From assembly GCA_032718475.1 (NCBI GenBank), contig JAUCBJ010000199.1, positions 1-35,499 of the forward strand: a stretch of 35,499 bases of DNA, in the 5' to 3' direction. The DNA comes from Nemertoderma westbladi (Eukaryota > Animalia > Xenacoelomorpha). Under the pieces are notes generated by a model. It saw nothing but the letters and a program-made list of their open reading frames with translations, was not told the origin of the DNA and made no database searches. Shown one piece after another: positions 1 through 11,915 of this stretch (its first letter is position 1; each line of letters starts with the position of its first letter). The translations under genes and the position numbers were made by a program.

Positions 1-329
1 CTAATCGAATGTGCCTATCAACCACTTTACAACACAAATATAATGCCTACACTAATTATTCTCGGAAAGCACTGTACACTAAACCCTAAATTAGGTACGA
101 GTACTTGTACAACAGATAATCAGTAATTAAATATACTTGAACAGCTAAAAGAACCACGGCATCTGCTGGAGTGACCGATGCACAAAATCACCAGTCTTTA
201 CCTACGCCAAGCAGCCCGTGTAGTACCGAGGTTAATTTAACTATAGCGGTATGTATAACAAACACAATTACTGTAGGAACAAACTTGGGGACTTGAATGT
301 TGCGAATAATCGCATAAACTCTGAATAGT

Positions 330-1250
330 AAATATTACGCTACGCGTACAAACCACTCAAACAAAAATGCAGACTAAATACTGACAGACTACTATCAAGC
401 CTAAATAAACTACAGGACATGCAGACTCCGAAATAGTTAGGTAGTATGCGTTCTAACCCAGTAGTACGACTTATTCTTTAATTGGGGGTTTACTTTACAG
501 CAATGGCTACCCCATCTTCCCAACCGTTCTTTATCGGACAAGGGCTCTACACACACTGCAATCCGTTCAGACCTAATAACAGACAGACAACTATCCAGCC
601 CACAAATTATCTAAATGATATTATACGCTACCTGTACAGACTACACAAACAAAGTACAGACCAAACGATGGCAGACTACTCTCAAGCCTAAATAAACTAC
701 AGGACATGCAGACTCCGAAATAGTTAGGTAGTATGCGTTCTAACCCAGTAGTACGACTTATTCTTTAATTGGGGGTTTACTTTACAGCAATGGCTACCCC
801 AACTTCCCAACCGTTCTTTATCGGACAAGGGCTCTACACACACTGCAATCCGTTCAGACCTAATAACAGACAGACAACTATCCAGCCCACAAATTATCTA
901 AATGATATTATACGCTACCTGTACAGACTACACAAACAAAGTACAGACCAAACGATGGCAGACTACTCTCAAGCCTAAATAAACTAGAGGACATGCAGAC
1001 TCCGAAATAGTTAGGTAGTATGCGTTCTAACCCAGTAGTACGACTTATTCTTTAATTGGGGGTTTACTTTACAGCAATGGCTACCCCAACTTCCCAACCG
1101 TTCTTTATCGGACAGGTGACCTACACACACTGCAATTCGTTCGGACTTAACAGCAATCAGACAACAGCTCAGCCTACAAATCGTCTGTACAATATGATCA
1201 GGCTTACACGCCTTCTGTTCAATACTGGCCTACAAATAAATAAAACTTGA
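330..1250. repeat. 287-bp tandem repeat, about 3 copies (near-identical core, diverged edges)
   Basis: The same sequence recurs at 482, 769 and 1056 (spacing 287) with only isolated substitutions from about 387 to 1113; flanking parts are diverged copies. The repeated 69-aa ORFs are a by-product. Confidence 0.95.
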
Positions 1251-1572
1251 CAGAAATAAGTAAATATCTCAATAAAAAACCAGGGCTGCAGTCCCTGATT
1301 AATTATTAAGGCCTACTGGTATATAATAATCAAAATCGAATAATACTGCTGTAGGTACCGGTCCGGATGATCAGGCAGTCAGGCCTACTGGTTACCGGTC
1401 GACCGGTACTTTCGACTTTATTGCTTACTGCAATAAAGAAGCTATATCCTTTAATGTTCGCGCTTTCAGACCTTTGGCAGTTTAACCTGCCAAATTAAGA
1501 TGTCTTCTAGATATTAAATCGCTTTTTAGCCTATGACAAGTATTTGATTCACTACACTAGTCGAAACCAATC

Positions 1573-2741
1573 TGTGCGCGACCATTCACCCGCTGGATAT
1601 TCCCGGGAGATTGGGTTCGACGGTTTAATTTTATTGCTATGTAAGCCTAATGTATTATTCGACTGACGGTATTATATAATCTCTGACAATATTATTCACC
1701 TTCGGGAATATTAACAGTTCCTTTAGGACGTGGCGCTTTATCTATATAAACAGAGTTATGACTTAAACTACTCACAACGATATGGCTTAATTATAATTCA
1801 CATATATGGCGCATTCTTTAGGAATTGCTTCTTTAACAGACTCACTCATACACAATGCTGCACAATACTGCACACTAATCTGCCAATCTTCACTGATTTT
1901 AGTCACATATAAAAGGAACACAGACTGACTCATGTAGGGTCTATCAAATAACATTAGATTCACTTCAAACCACTTTAACATAAGTCACAATCGTTATTGG
2001 TAACCTTTCTCTCTTACCTTCGGTATATCAAGAATATTGGGTTTTCGGGGTTATTTCTCGTTATTCCAATATAATAATTCATCAACCAATATAATGAATA
2101 ACCGACAACAAATAGCAGTACACAGTATCGATTGAGCAGGTAATTTTAGCAGTTTCAGCAGTTATTAAAAGCCGTGTGTCAGCAGTCAGTGTATTCCCAG
2201 ATCAGTGATTCCATGAGTTTGATCGGTATGTCAGTTAAAGGATATATGCCCTTATAATTAAACCTACTAGTGTAAGACTAAAAACTGAAAACACGGAGGT
2301 GCCAAAAGCCGGTTCTTAGGCTCTGGGCAAAAAACATAACACTGAACTACTGAGTTTCTGTATATACCTCCAACACAGAGACAACAAACGCTCTGATTGG
2401 TCAACCTGAACAACGAGAGAACAAAGAAACAAAGAAACGTCGACGTGGCAATATCAGCTGCTAGCCGTCGTCATGGTAGCGACACTGTTTCAAAGTATCC
2501 AGCTATTGCGTCACGAGATTGTGGATTATGTCCTCTACAGTACAAATACAGTACAAATACATAAGAAATGACTTTTATGTCCTCTAAAACACCAGTACAG
2601 CAAGGACACGGCCTTTTTATGCCTGGCAAACCAACTACAGAGTACTTTAAGGGAAAATAACCGGCTAATTACGCAAAAGCTTTTACAGGGGGGGGGGGGG
2701 GGGGGGGGGTCGCTAAGTGCGTCTTTGGGAGGGGGGTAACA
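1573..2741 (-). mobile_element. Putative 5' LTR of a minus-strand LTR retrotransposon; internal region runs off the left edge
   Basis: Minus strand begins TGTTAC at 2741, has CCAATCAG (~2400), TATATA (~2362) followed by TCAGT, AATAAA (~1633), ends GCACA at 1573, then GAT and TGG-start PBS-like TGGTTTCGACTAGTG. No second LTR or coding region in the window, and the primer tRNA was not identified. Confidence 0.4.
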
Positions 2742-2814
2742 GCACGGGACGATACTTCCATTGATTTATCCACATTAGTACAAACATAAGAATCTGGATA
2801 AGTCTGTTATAATT

Positions 2815-3593
2815 GGAACGTCCGACACCATAATTCCGACACAAAACGTCCGACACCATTTAATTTACAATCAAACTGCAAAAACTGTGCGTTAGATTGA
2901 TGATATTACAAAAGTTGATATATATTAGTTAAACACATAGTTGCAGATTATTGTGGTTAACCATAATTTAACCATTTAGCACCACATAAAAAGTTTTCGA
3001 GAAATAAGTGATAAAAAAATGTACAGTTCGATAAACATGCCATAATTTGAAAAGTTGTGAACGAAATTATTTTAATTTTCTACCCCCGTAAAGCAGAGAT
3101 GTTGTTTAAGACAAAGCGAATATGAACCCTCGCATTCATTACCAACAAAGTACAAATAAAAGAACCTGGATTAGTGGGCAAATCCCAACGTCCGACACCA
3201 AAAGTCCGACACCATTTCAATTCCAATCAAACTACAAAAACTGTATGTTAGATTTAGGATATTACAAAGGTTGGATTAATACTAGGTAGCCAAATAGTTG
3301 CTGATCACTGTGGTTAGCCAAAATTTGCAAAACCTCTCATCGGCACTGTTACACGAATGTTTTAATTTTTAGCCAAAAATTACTGTCCCAAAACTCAAAC
3401 GTCCGACACCCACATTTTAAACTCGAATTTCTAGTAGTTTTCAGTGGACTCATTATGTGTTCTCATATATAGCTTCGAATTTGCGGAAGTATAAGCATTA
3501 CTCTGATTGACCTTGAATTAACAACTTCCTATAAATAGTAAAAAACAACCGAAAATTTGGGTTTGCCCCAACGTCCGACACCATGGAATTGAC
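2815..3593. mobile_element. DNA transposon end fragment with repeated ACGTCCGACACC motifs
   Basis: TCCGACAC(C) motifs cluster at ~2818-2858, ~3188-3213, ~3400 and ~3572; 2843-2970 and 3201-3326 are diverged duplicates; ends in GGAATTGACC. The other terminus was not found. Confidence 0.5.
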
Positions 3594-4475
3594 CATTTAT
3601 TAAAATTTGTGTTTATAACCAATCACACAACCATCAATCGGTTAGTAATGTCTGGCACTAAGGCCGCACACCCCTTTACTGAATGAAAAAATCTATGGGG
3701 GTTTTCGGGGTCGGTGATTTCATTTCCGACATCATTTGTAAGGTTTGGTGGAATCTAGTCTGTCTGTCTGATGGTTTGTCTATTTGTAGGTCTATAACTT
3801 CTTAAATTTAAGCGCACAAATGGGTAGACAAAAGACAGCGATAACTCGAGAACTAAATAAGATCTCGCTAAAATAGCGAGAAAATATTAGCGAGTAAAAA
3901 TGTGTGACTGGACAATTACAATTAATTTTGTCTCGATAGCGATTGGACAAATTTTATTGTAGGAAAGATAGAAAGAGTATTAAGGGGGAACCCAACCAAC
4001 GCAGACTCCTCAAGAGGATGCGTCAAGAATCAAAAGCGATAAGAGCTTTTTTATAAATTAATTTTAAACTGTAATTCAAAATGGATGCTTACGATTTGCT
4101 TTTGCGTCATTAACAGAAGAAGGAACAGAAAATACAAGTATTATGGCTGCATCCCTTGAGGCTCAGCCTAGCAGTCCAACACACGCAGTCCAGGTCCAGC
4201 AACAAGACTGTAGACTAAACGTAATACTACAAGCCCTGCACTGTAGGAGTTTATATAATACAGAACAATTTATCATTTGCTCAGTATAATTAATTGTACA
4301 GTTATATTAATTATGTAGGTAGGTAGGTAGGTGAGCCCTAGAGCTCTTAAATTGACAAATAATAATATAAAATTGTATATGTGTTTAACATCCATAGATT
4401 GTATAAATTAATAAGTAATTAAACAGGACTAAGGATGATCCAACTCTATAGCAAATGGAGCAGAAAAAATAAATT

Positions 4476-4547
4476 CGCCACCAGCGGGGATTGAACCCGC
4501 GTCTCCCGATAAACGTTCAGGTATGCTAACCACTACACCTCCGTGGT
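4476..4547 (-). pseudogene. Degenerate tRNA-like sequence (SINE head or tRNA pseudogene; GTT at anticodon position)
   Basis: Minus strand: D arm GTGTAGTGGTTAGCAT, anticodon stem CCTGA/TCGGG, T arm GCGGG-TTCAATC-CCCGC, T-run just downstream. Acceptor stem has two mismatches and U8/U33 are absent, so it is not a functional tRNA. Confidence 0.75.
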
Positions 4548-4579
4548 GTATAACTAGTATAAGTATAACTCTATAAGTT

Positions 4580-4780
4580 ATAAGTATAAATGTATAGTAT
4601 AACTCCTTCGAGAATCTTTCCGAAAATGCAAATTGTGGATATTGGTCTATATGATCTAGATGAAAGTACTGGTCGATTCTTTCCTTTATAAATATTGGTT
4701 ATTAGAGTATTCCCAAAGAGAACTGGGATATCTCCATATCTGAGACATACATTGAACATGTCATCTATTAATGACGTATT
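4580..4780 (-). pseudogene. Non-LTR reverse transcriptase N-terminal fragment
   Basis: MFNVCLRYGDIP...IYKGK...SYRPISTICIFGKILE matches the LINE RT domain-1 signature; probably the continuation of ORF2 broken at ~11916. Confidence 0.8.
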
Positions 4781-4820
4781 AAATGACTATTAGTGACTAT
4801 TAATGACTATTAATGAATGA

Positions 4821-6399
4821 CTATTAGTACCGGGCTATAAAATGTTGTACAAATACCGGGGGAGGGGGGTCATATTGACCCCCCCCCCCCCCCCCCCCCC
4901 CCCTCTAAAATCTACAAATAGTTACGAAAACGTCTGATTTTTTGTTTGTACGTAGGTATCACTTGTCTGGATCCGACCGAAAAAAGTATTTTTCGAAAAA
5001 ATGTACAGGGGTGGTTATATTGCAGCACCAAAATTACAAGTAGTGCACAATTTTCACCAAATTTGAAAGTTACATTTTCAGCTAATTATTTTTCAATACA
5101 GGTTTTCTGGGGTGCAAAATACATTGGAAAATATTAAAAAATGATATGATTACTATAACTGGCTGTTTAGTCCTCTCTGCGTAGGAAAAAAATGAAAAAA
5201 ACAAGTAACCAGCACTTTTCAGTTAGAACACAAAATTTTTAATTCACTTATACATACGATGCTATAAATTCACATTTTCAGGTTTTCGAGGGCGCTGATT
5301 CTAATGGAATACATTTCTAATATGCCAGATCATTGCTACTTGTATTTTTCGGCGTAATTTGGAAAATTTTGGTGCTAGAACCAAATTTCGTACCCATCAC
5401 CAAAAAGTACAAGTTTGCGATGTCCAGTGCTGTTTTTATTGATTCCATCGGATTCAGGACCCTCATAAACCCGTATAACGCAAGAAACAAGGTGATACTA
5501 TCTACTTATTAATTTGCATATTTTCCAAAATTTGGTGCTGGCACAACAATTTTGACCCACCGGCGAAAAATACAAGTTTGAGAACTCTTATGAAATTTTT
5601 ACTGATTCCATTGAATTCAGAACCATCACAAACCCGTATAACGCAAGAAACAAGGTGACACAATCAATTTATATATTTGATGGTTTTCAAAATTTGGTGC
5701 TAGCACCACATTTTGCACCCAATCCGAAAAATACAAGTTTGAGATGTCTAGTTCGATAATTATATTTTCCATTGAATTCAGAAAAGCCATAAACCTCTAA
5801 AACGCAAGAAATAAATTGTCACAAGCAATTTTATCTATTGAATGGATTTTCAAAATTTCGTGCTAGCACCAAAATTTGCACACAGCACCGAAAAATACAA
5901 GTTTGATACGCTTGGAGCAACTCGTATATATTTCATCGAATCCAGAAACCCAAAAAACCCCAATTGCGTAAAAAACAAGTTTCAAACGATCAATTTACAA
6001 AATTGACTTACTTCAAAATTTGGTGCTGGCACCAAAATTTGGCACCCACCGAAAAAAACATGTTTGAAATTTCTAAATCAATTTATATGAATTCCATCAA
6101 ATTTCTAACACCAAAAAACCGGTGTAAATCAAAAATAGAGATGTTACAATTCATATTTAATGAAATGTAATTTTCAAAAAACGTCTCAAAAAAAGTGCCA
6201 AAAGTAGGGTTAAAAAATGGTGCTATAACTCGAAAAGTACCCAATATTTTTGAAAACGGTTTTCACTACTAGGAAGACAATAGATTTTTAGGAAAAGTCT
6301 TAAAATTTCAGATTCCCAACTGCGTTTGTTTCAGAATTATAATAAAAAAACCACGGGGGGGGGGTCATATTGACCCCCCCCCCCCCGGGTTTAATAGGG
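4821..6399. mobile_element. Non-autonomous piggyBac-type element (MITE-like), copy 1; extreme left tip lost
   Basis: Right end CCCGGGTTTAATAGGG followed by TTAA (6400-6403); left end CTATTAGTACCGGG matches copy 2, which starts TTAA-CCCTATTAGTACCGGG. Subterminal GGGGTCATATTGACCCC near both ends; no transposase ORF. Confidence 0.85.
5360..6075. repeat. About 163-bp diverged tandem repeat (about 5 units) inside the MITE
   Basis: AAAATTTGGTGCT(A/G)GCACCAAA-type quasi-palindrome at ~5364, 5528, 5689, 5852 and 6015, each followed by an AAAATACAAGTTTG-like motif. Confidence 0.85.
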
Positions 6400-6439
6400 T
6401 TAATAACCACTTATGCAACCGAAGACCTGATCGTAAAAT

Positions 6440-6970
6440 GTTAAACGTGCGACGGAGATATACCCAAACATTAAGCGAATTTACATACAGTCCGCAACAA
6501 ATGACCTCGATCACCCAGGAGGTCTGAGTATGATCATTACAAACATGTCCAAAGCGATTAAACTAGCCAAGGAACGCAGGATTAACGTGCGGTTAGTTGT
6601 ATCGTCAGTTCTTCCGAGAAGGGATATGTCGGTGCTCACGGTAAACAACCGTATCCGCAGAATGTGCGAACATCAATCTGCCATTCTTGCGGATCACAAA
6701 CTGGTCACATGTGATCACTTATACGAAAATAAACATATAAAGGAGAAATTTATAAAGATAATCGGAAAAACTATTAAGACAAGTTTATTCGCACGAACAC
6801 AGAGACTGAAACAGCAACCGAATAATCAAGTCGCACCAATAATACGCTGCAGAGCTATCCCTGGACAATGCGCGAGCACATACAGCCAGATCCTAAGAAC
6901 ATCCCACCGCACAACCGGCCAGCGCCACACACTTCTTCCCACTCCACCGGCGATAAACAACGGCAACTAG
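6440..6970 (+). pseudogene. LINE ORF1 SGNH/GDSL esterase-like domain remnant
   Basis: In frame upstream of the listed ORF: IYIQSATNDL (GxND-like block), then VVSSVLPRRD, VNNRI and DHLYENKHI (DxxH-like block), typical of CR1/L2/RTEX ORF1 esterases. Confidence 0.7.
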
Positions 6971-8061
6971 CGTATACGATGTACACTCCTCGCGACCCCG
7001 CAACAAAACGAGCTAACTCTGCCACCAGTCGCAGGTGGAGTAACCAATATGGAAGATCCAATACCACAGTGTTTACCTTCCTGCGAGAAGGTGGTCATAC
7101 CCGAGAAGGCCACTGACAAACAAGTGACCAGCCGAATCACAACAATGATATCACTATTGCAGCTTCTAGCATAAACGAAGCTCTATCGATAAACGCCATG
7201 ATCAACAATATAATAGCCACGTGAAAATACGGCTTTTTAAATAGAATCTTTATCTTTCAAATTACTACCTAACGATAATTACAATAGTAATTTTTTAAAA
7301 ACATATAATCAACTATTACTACCTTTCAGCTCATATATATCTGCCCAGCGGTGTCTAAAATATATGCTTTGGCTCTCAGCTGCAATATAGTCGTGATAGC
7401 GTGCAATCTGCAACAACATAGAAAGATAGCATACCAGCTTTTTATTGATGATATAAATAACTTTTAACACGCCCTTTATTTTTTGCTGTTATTAGGATTC
7501 TGGGTTCGTCAAGTACAAGTACATTGTACTTGACTTTTTTAACAAACTGTACTTATTATATAGTTCAGCTATATTGGGTTGTGTTTATTTTTTCTGTAGT
7601 TTTGTTTGTATATTGGTTACATTTACTAGTGCATTAACTACTCTAATTAGGGCATACTTTTATCAGTCAATTATTTTATTGTTTTATTGTGCGTGCAGGG
7701 GTGAGGTCTGGTGGCCTTTGTTCGCGGTAGCTGCTGTGATTGGCGGAACGGGCATCGGCGACTACACCTATACTACCCAAGTTTATCACAATATTAGACT
7801 TATCAGCATAACAATCTTTATCATTATAGTACACGTACAATATAATCTAACAAATATAATATACCATTTCCATAACAAATGCATAATTTTACTTAAATAT
7901 ATACTATTATATAATAGGAAAAACAAAAATTACCAGCAGATTAATAAAATGGATAGACATCTTAACCGAAAACGCAAATCAAATCCAAAACAAATCACAA
8001 AACAAATACAAAAAACAAATCCTCTTTAATTTAACAATAATGACTGGCCACACACGTTTAA

Positions 8062-9428
8062 ATCAGTTTTTTAGCAGTTAAGGCTGCATCTAGATCCCTG
8101 AACAGGCAGTACTCTGCTAATCTACAGGAGCTAATAAACCAACAGGTTGATGCCATCAATGATGCTGACGACAGCAGGCAATCATCACAGGCATGGAAAT
8201 CGATCAATCTGCTTACTGGGCGGAAAAGCCAACCAACCACCAAGGTTAAGGCTGAATCACCAGCCGATCGCCTCAATGGTTGGAAGGCCCACTTTGAAAA
8301 GCTCCTCAATAATGACAGGGTATTGCCTGATAACTTTATAGAAGTAAAAGTGTCTGAGTCCGTACTCCCAGATATTCCCATTGGAGATATCTCCTTTACA
8401 GAAGTGAAGGCTGCTGCAAAGAGCATTAAGACCAATTGTGCCAGTGGAGTAGATGGTGTTCCCCCTGAGGTCTTTAAAATACCTGAGTGTTTAAAGCTCA
8501 TCTATCCCATCATAGTAGACATGTACCGAACAACAAGAGTCCCACAAGAAATGAAAACAAATAAGTTGGAGCCAGTTCCCAAGAAGGGCAACCTAACACT
8601 ATATGGATCTTTTCGGGGAATCTCATTGATCTCGATTGCTGCAAAGCTATACAATAGAATTCTATTAAATCTTATCAGGGATCCCATTGAGAGACTGCTC
8701 CGTGGAAATCAGAATGGGTTCCGTAAAGGTCGTGGGACCATGGAGCCCATTTTGGCACTTAGAAGGATAATTGAAGAGTTATCAAAAAAGAAAGACAGGC
8801 ATCTGGCTGTTATCTTTGTTGACTTCTTCAAGGCCTTTGATTCAGTCTCTCGCTCACGTATGTTCAGCATACTTTCATTATATGGGATTCCTGATGAAAC
8901 TATTGCAGCAATCAGATCAGTATACGATGGTTCAACAACATTTGTGTCTACTTTTGACGGTGACACAGAACCATTTGAAGTGTTATGGGGCGTCCTCCAA
9001 GGAGACACACTTGCACCATTCTTGTTCATTATTGTGGTTGACTATGTTCTACGCATGTCCTTAGATCATGATGGGCTGATGATAACTCCACCTACTGGCT
9101 CCAGAAGTCGAGGAAATCCTGCCAAGTACCTAACTGATCTAGACTTTGCTGATGACTTAGGAGTACTCTCAGAATCATTAGAGGGAGCCCAACGGCTCCT
9201 CAGCTCATTAGAACATGCTGCTTCTAGTGTTGGTCTTTTTATTAACTCCAGAAAGACCAAAATTCTGACAGTTAACTTTGAAAGTCCTCAGCAAGTCTCT
9301 GATCGGATGAGCATAAGCTCAAAGGATGGTATGCTTGAGCATGTGGACGACTTCTGTTACCTGGGATCATGGATCCGGAAGTCAGGTGAGGACCTTCGAA
9401 TACGTAAGGGAAAGGCATGGGCAGCGGG
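8062..9428 (+). mobile_element. Internal RT fragment of an RTE-clade LINE, stop-free, truncated at both ends
   Basis: Frame open from 8062: ASGVDG, FRGISL, NQNGFRKGRGT, FVDFFKAFDSV, GVLQGDTLAPFLF, LDFADD, FCYLGS, RIRKGKAWAA; breaks into unrelated L2-like sequence at ~9428. Confidence 0.85.
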
Positions 9429-11656
9429 TGTATGAGAGGGACTATAGCAAATTCAATAAAGATCATTTCATTAGGGACATAAATAATGCAAATTGGAAAG
9501 GGGTATATACAGATGATGACATAAATATAAATTATGATTATTTTGAAAATGAAATAGAACAAATATTAAATAAGCACGCACCAATAAAAAGGAAATTAAT
9601 CCATAGAAATAGTAATATAAACAAAAACAATCCTTGGTGGAATGACGACCTAAAGCGACTCTCTGAAATAAAAAATTCTGCTCTAATTAAATGGCGCCAA
9701 TCAAAAAGTGAAGTAGACTACAATCTTTTCAAAAAAGCACGAAACTCGTTTAACTCATCAAATAGGAACTCATCAATCTAAAAATAACTACATAAAAAAT
9801 AAATTTCAATCATCTGAACATCCTCGAACCAAATGGAAAATAATAAATTCCATCCTAAATAAAACAGTTAGAATTTGCACTATAAAAGAGCTTATAGATA
9901 AAAAGGGAACTCTAATCAAATCAAATGAAAGAATAGCCAATTTGCTCAATTCAACATATATAGCGATGGCCGAATTTACAGGAATATCGCAAACAGTAAA
10001 TAAACTTAACAAATTCCATATATCACCGGACGTGGAAGGTCAGCCCTGCTTTAGTTTTCATAATACAGATGAACTAACGGTGGTGTATGAATACTTGTTA
10101 AAAATTAATATCAATAAATCTATAGGCCCATCAACATTACATCCAAGAATTATCAAACTAATTGCACCACAAATAGCTCGATCACTGGTATACCTAATTA
10201 ATAAATCAATCACTCATTCAATTTTTCCCACTAAATTAAAGTTCACCGAGATAACTCCGGTTTATAAAAAAGGCCAACAAGACGACCCTGAAAATTACAG
10301 GCCAATTGCAGTAACAACCACACTAGAAAAAGTATTTGAAAAAATAATTTATCAACAAATAATTAATTATTTAGATAGAAATAAGCTAATAAACACCACC
10401 CAATTTGGGTTTCGTAAAAACTACTCAACTAGAGATGCACTAATATTCGCCACGGAGTCGTGGAGATAAAGTCTAAATAATGGCAATTATGTAGCTATAG
10501 CAGCCCTTGATCTTAGTAAGGCATTTAATTCACTAAACCACGATATGCTGCTAAACAAACTATCGGACCTTGGTTTCCATACAACAGCTACAGTACTAAA
10601 CTAATAGGTAGTTTTTTGTACCCAAGATACCAAAGAGTTAAAACCAACGGCATTAAATCAACATGGCAAACTTCAGTAAGAGGAATCCCACAAGGGACTT
10701 TACTCGACCCACTGTTATTTTTAGCGTATGTAAATAAACTAAGTAATAAATCAGACTTAGGAATAGTGCAATATGCAGATGACACCTTGCTATATTGCAC
10801 CAGTGAAAATCCAAACATAACAACAGAATGATTAGCCAATAAAAGAAAAACTCTTAACCTGAAATTTAATGATCTACACTTACAGCTTAACAATAAAAAA
10901 ACAGAATTTATGTTAATATCACCAAAACCACGTTCAGATACAATTGACAAAATAAACATGCTTCTGCCAAATAACAAAAGGATACTACTTACAATCTCGC
11001 AATCACAATCGATAAAATATCTAGTTGTATACATCGACAATACAATGGAATGGCGTGAGCACATAAGGAATATTTCAAATAAAATGACTCATGCAATATC
11101 AGGTCTCCCTCAAATAAGGGGACAACTGACAAAGCAGTGCAAATTATATTTATACAAAACACTAGTATTACCACACCATAACTATTGCTGCGAAATTTTA
11201 ACATCACTCCATAATATTCATGGTTTCAAAGAACAACTATATTCTCTAGAAAAAATACAAAATTATGGTCTGCGGGTAGTATATAGCAAAAAAATACAGG
11301 ACTTAACAGGAACAGAGTTACGGTCACAATCAAAGTTGCCTACACTAAAGGCTCTAAGGGAACACTTTGCACTAAAATACTTCTACAGATATATATACAA
11401 TTTATCAAAGCCATTTAACGACCTTACTCTACCATTTTTAAATAGACAGAACTCACCAGTCATAAATGCAAGAACGCACAAAATTAAAACACCGCTATCG
11501 AAAAATAACAAAGGATATAATAGCATAATTTTAAGCATGATAAGACTATGGAACTCCCTAGATGATAATTTTCGTAGTATCACAAAATATAGCACATTTG
11601 AAAATACAATCAAAAAACACTATTACTCCTTATATGAACGAGACGCAATTACTTAG
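9428..11656 (+). pseudogene. L2/CR1-group LINE ORF2 (linker and RT), multiple stops and frameshifts
   Basis: RDYSKF, NPWWN, KSIGP, NYRPIAV, QFGFRKNYST, LDLSKAFN, GIPQGT, QYADDT, KYLVVYID and RLWNSL in correct order across ORFs 9326, 9942, 10616 and 10910. Confidence 0.9.
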
Positions 11657-11915
11657 ATAAAAATAGATTAATGTAAAACACATTAGTTAGAAGTCAGTTA
11701 TACAATTATAAAATTTATTTATTTATTAAATTATCTTTAGGGGTGTAGTAACTTGAGGTAATGTAGGGTCTGGTGCTTAAAAACTACTGTGGTTGCTGAC
11801 GCTTAATCTTAGCCAATCATAAGCTACGGTGGGCCATTCCCTCCAGGCTTCCTCCACAATTGTTTTCTCAATTGTTGAGTTTTGAGATTAAAAGATAGAA
11901 TAATAATAATAATAA

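Larger units (their letters stand above)
6404..11915 (+). mobile_element. Decayed L2/CR1-group LINE (5' truncated at MITE, endonuclease region replaced by RTE fragment)
   Basis: Esterase-like ORF1 remnant, frameshifted ORF2 RT, 3' UTR with ATTAAA and an (AAT)n tail at ~11899-11915. Linking ORF1 and ORF2 to one element is inference. Confidence 0.7.

Noticed and set aside
482-1250. Three similar 64-69-aa ORFs as a gene family
   Set aside because: TTG starts, no recognisable domain; explained by the 287-bp tandem repeat.
3657-3960. Possible Helitron-type or other DNA transposon fragment (GGGGTTTTCGGGGTCG, TCTG repeats, ATAACTCGAGAAC)
   Set aside because: Motifs are suggestive but no termini could be defined.
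4420-4450. Possible exon 2 of the crystallin gene (minus strand AG|T TGG ATC ATC)
   Set aside because: Gives IWIILSPV then stop, lacks Greek key residues, has a poor acceptor and lies next to the tRNA-derived repeat.
4476-4547. Functional tRNA-Asn gene
   Set aside because: Mismatched acceptor stem and missing invariant U8 and U33.
4946-5137. Similar ORFs at 4946 and 18674
   Set aside because: Both lie in copies of the same non-coding MITE.
7574-8029. 151-aa hydrophobic ORF as a membrane protein
   Set aside because: TTG start and composition follows T-rich then A-rich DNA within a decayed LINE; no motif recognised.
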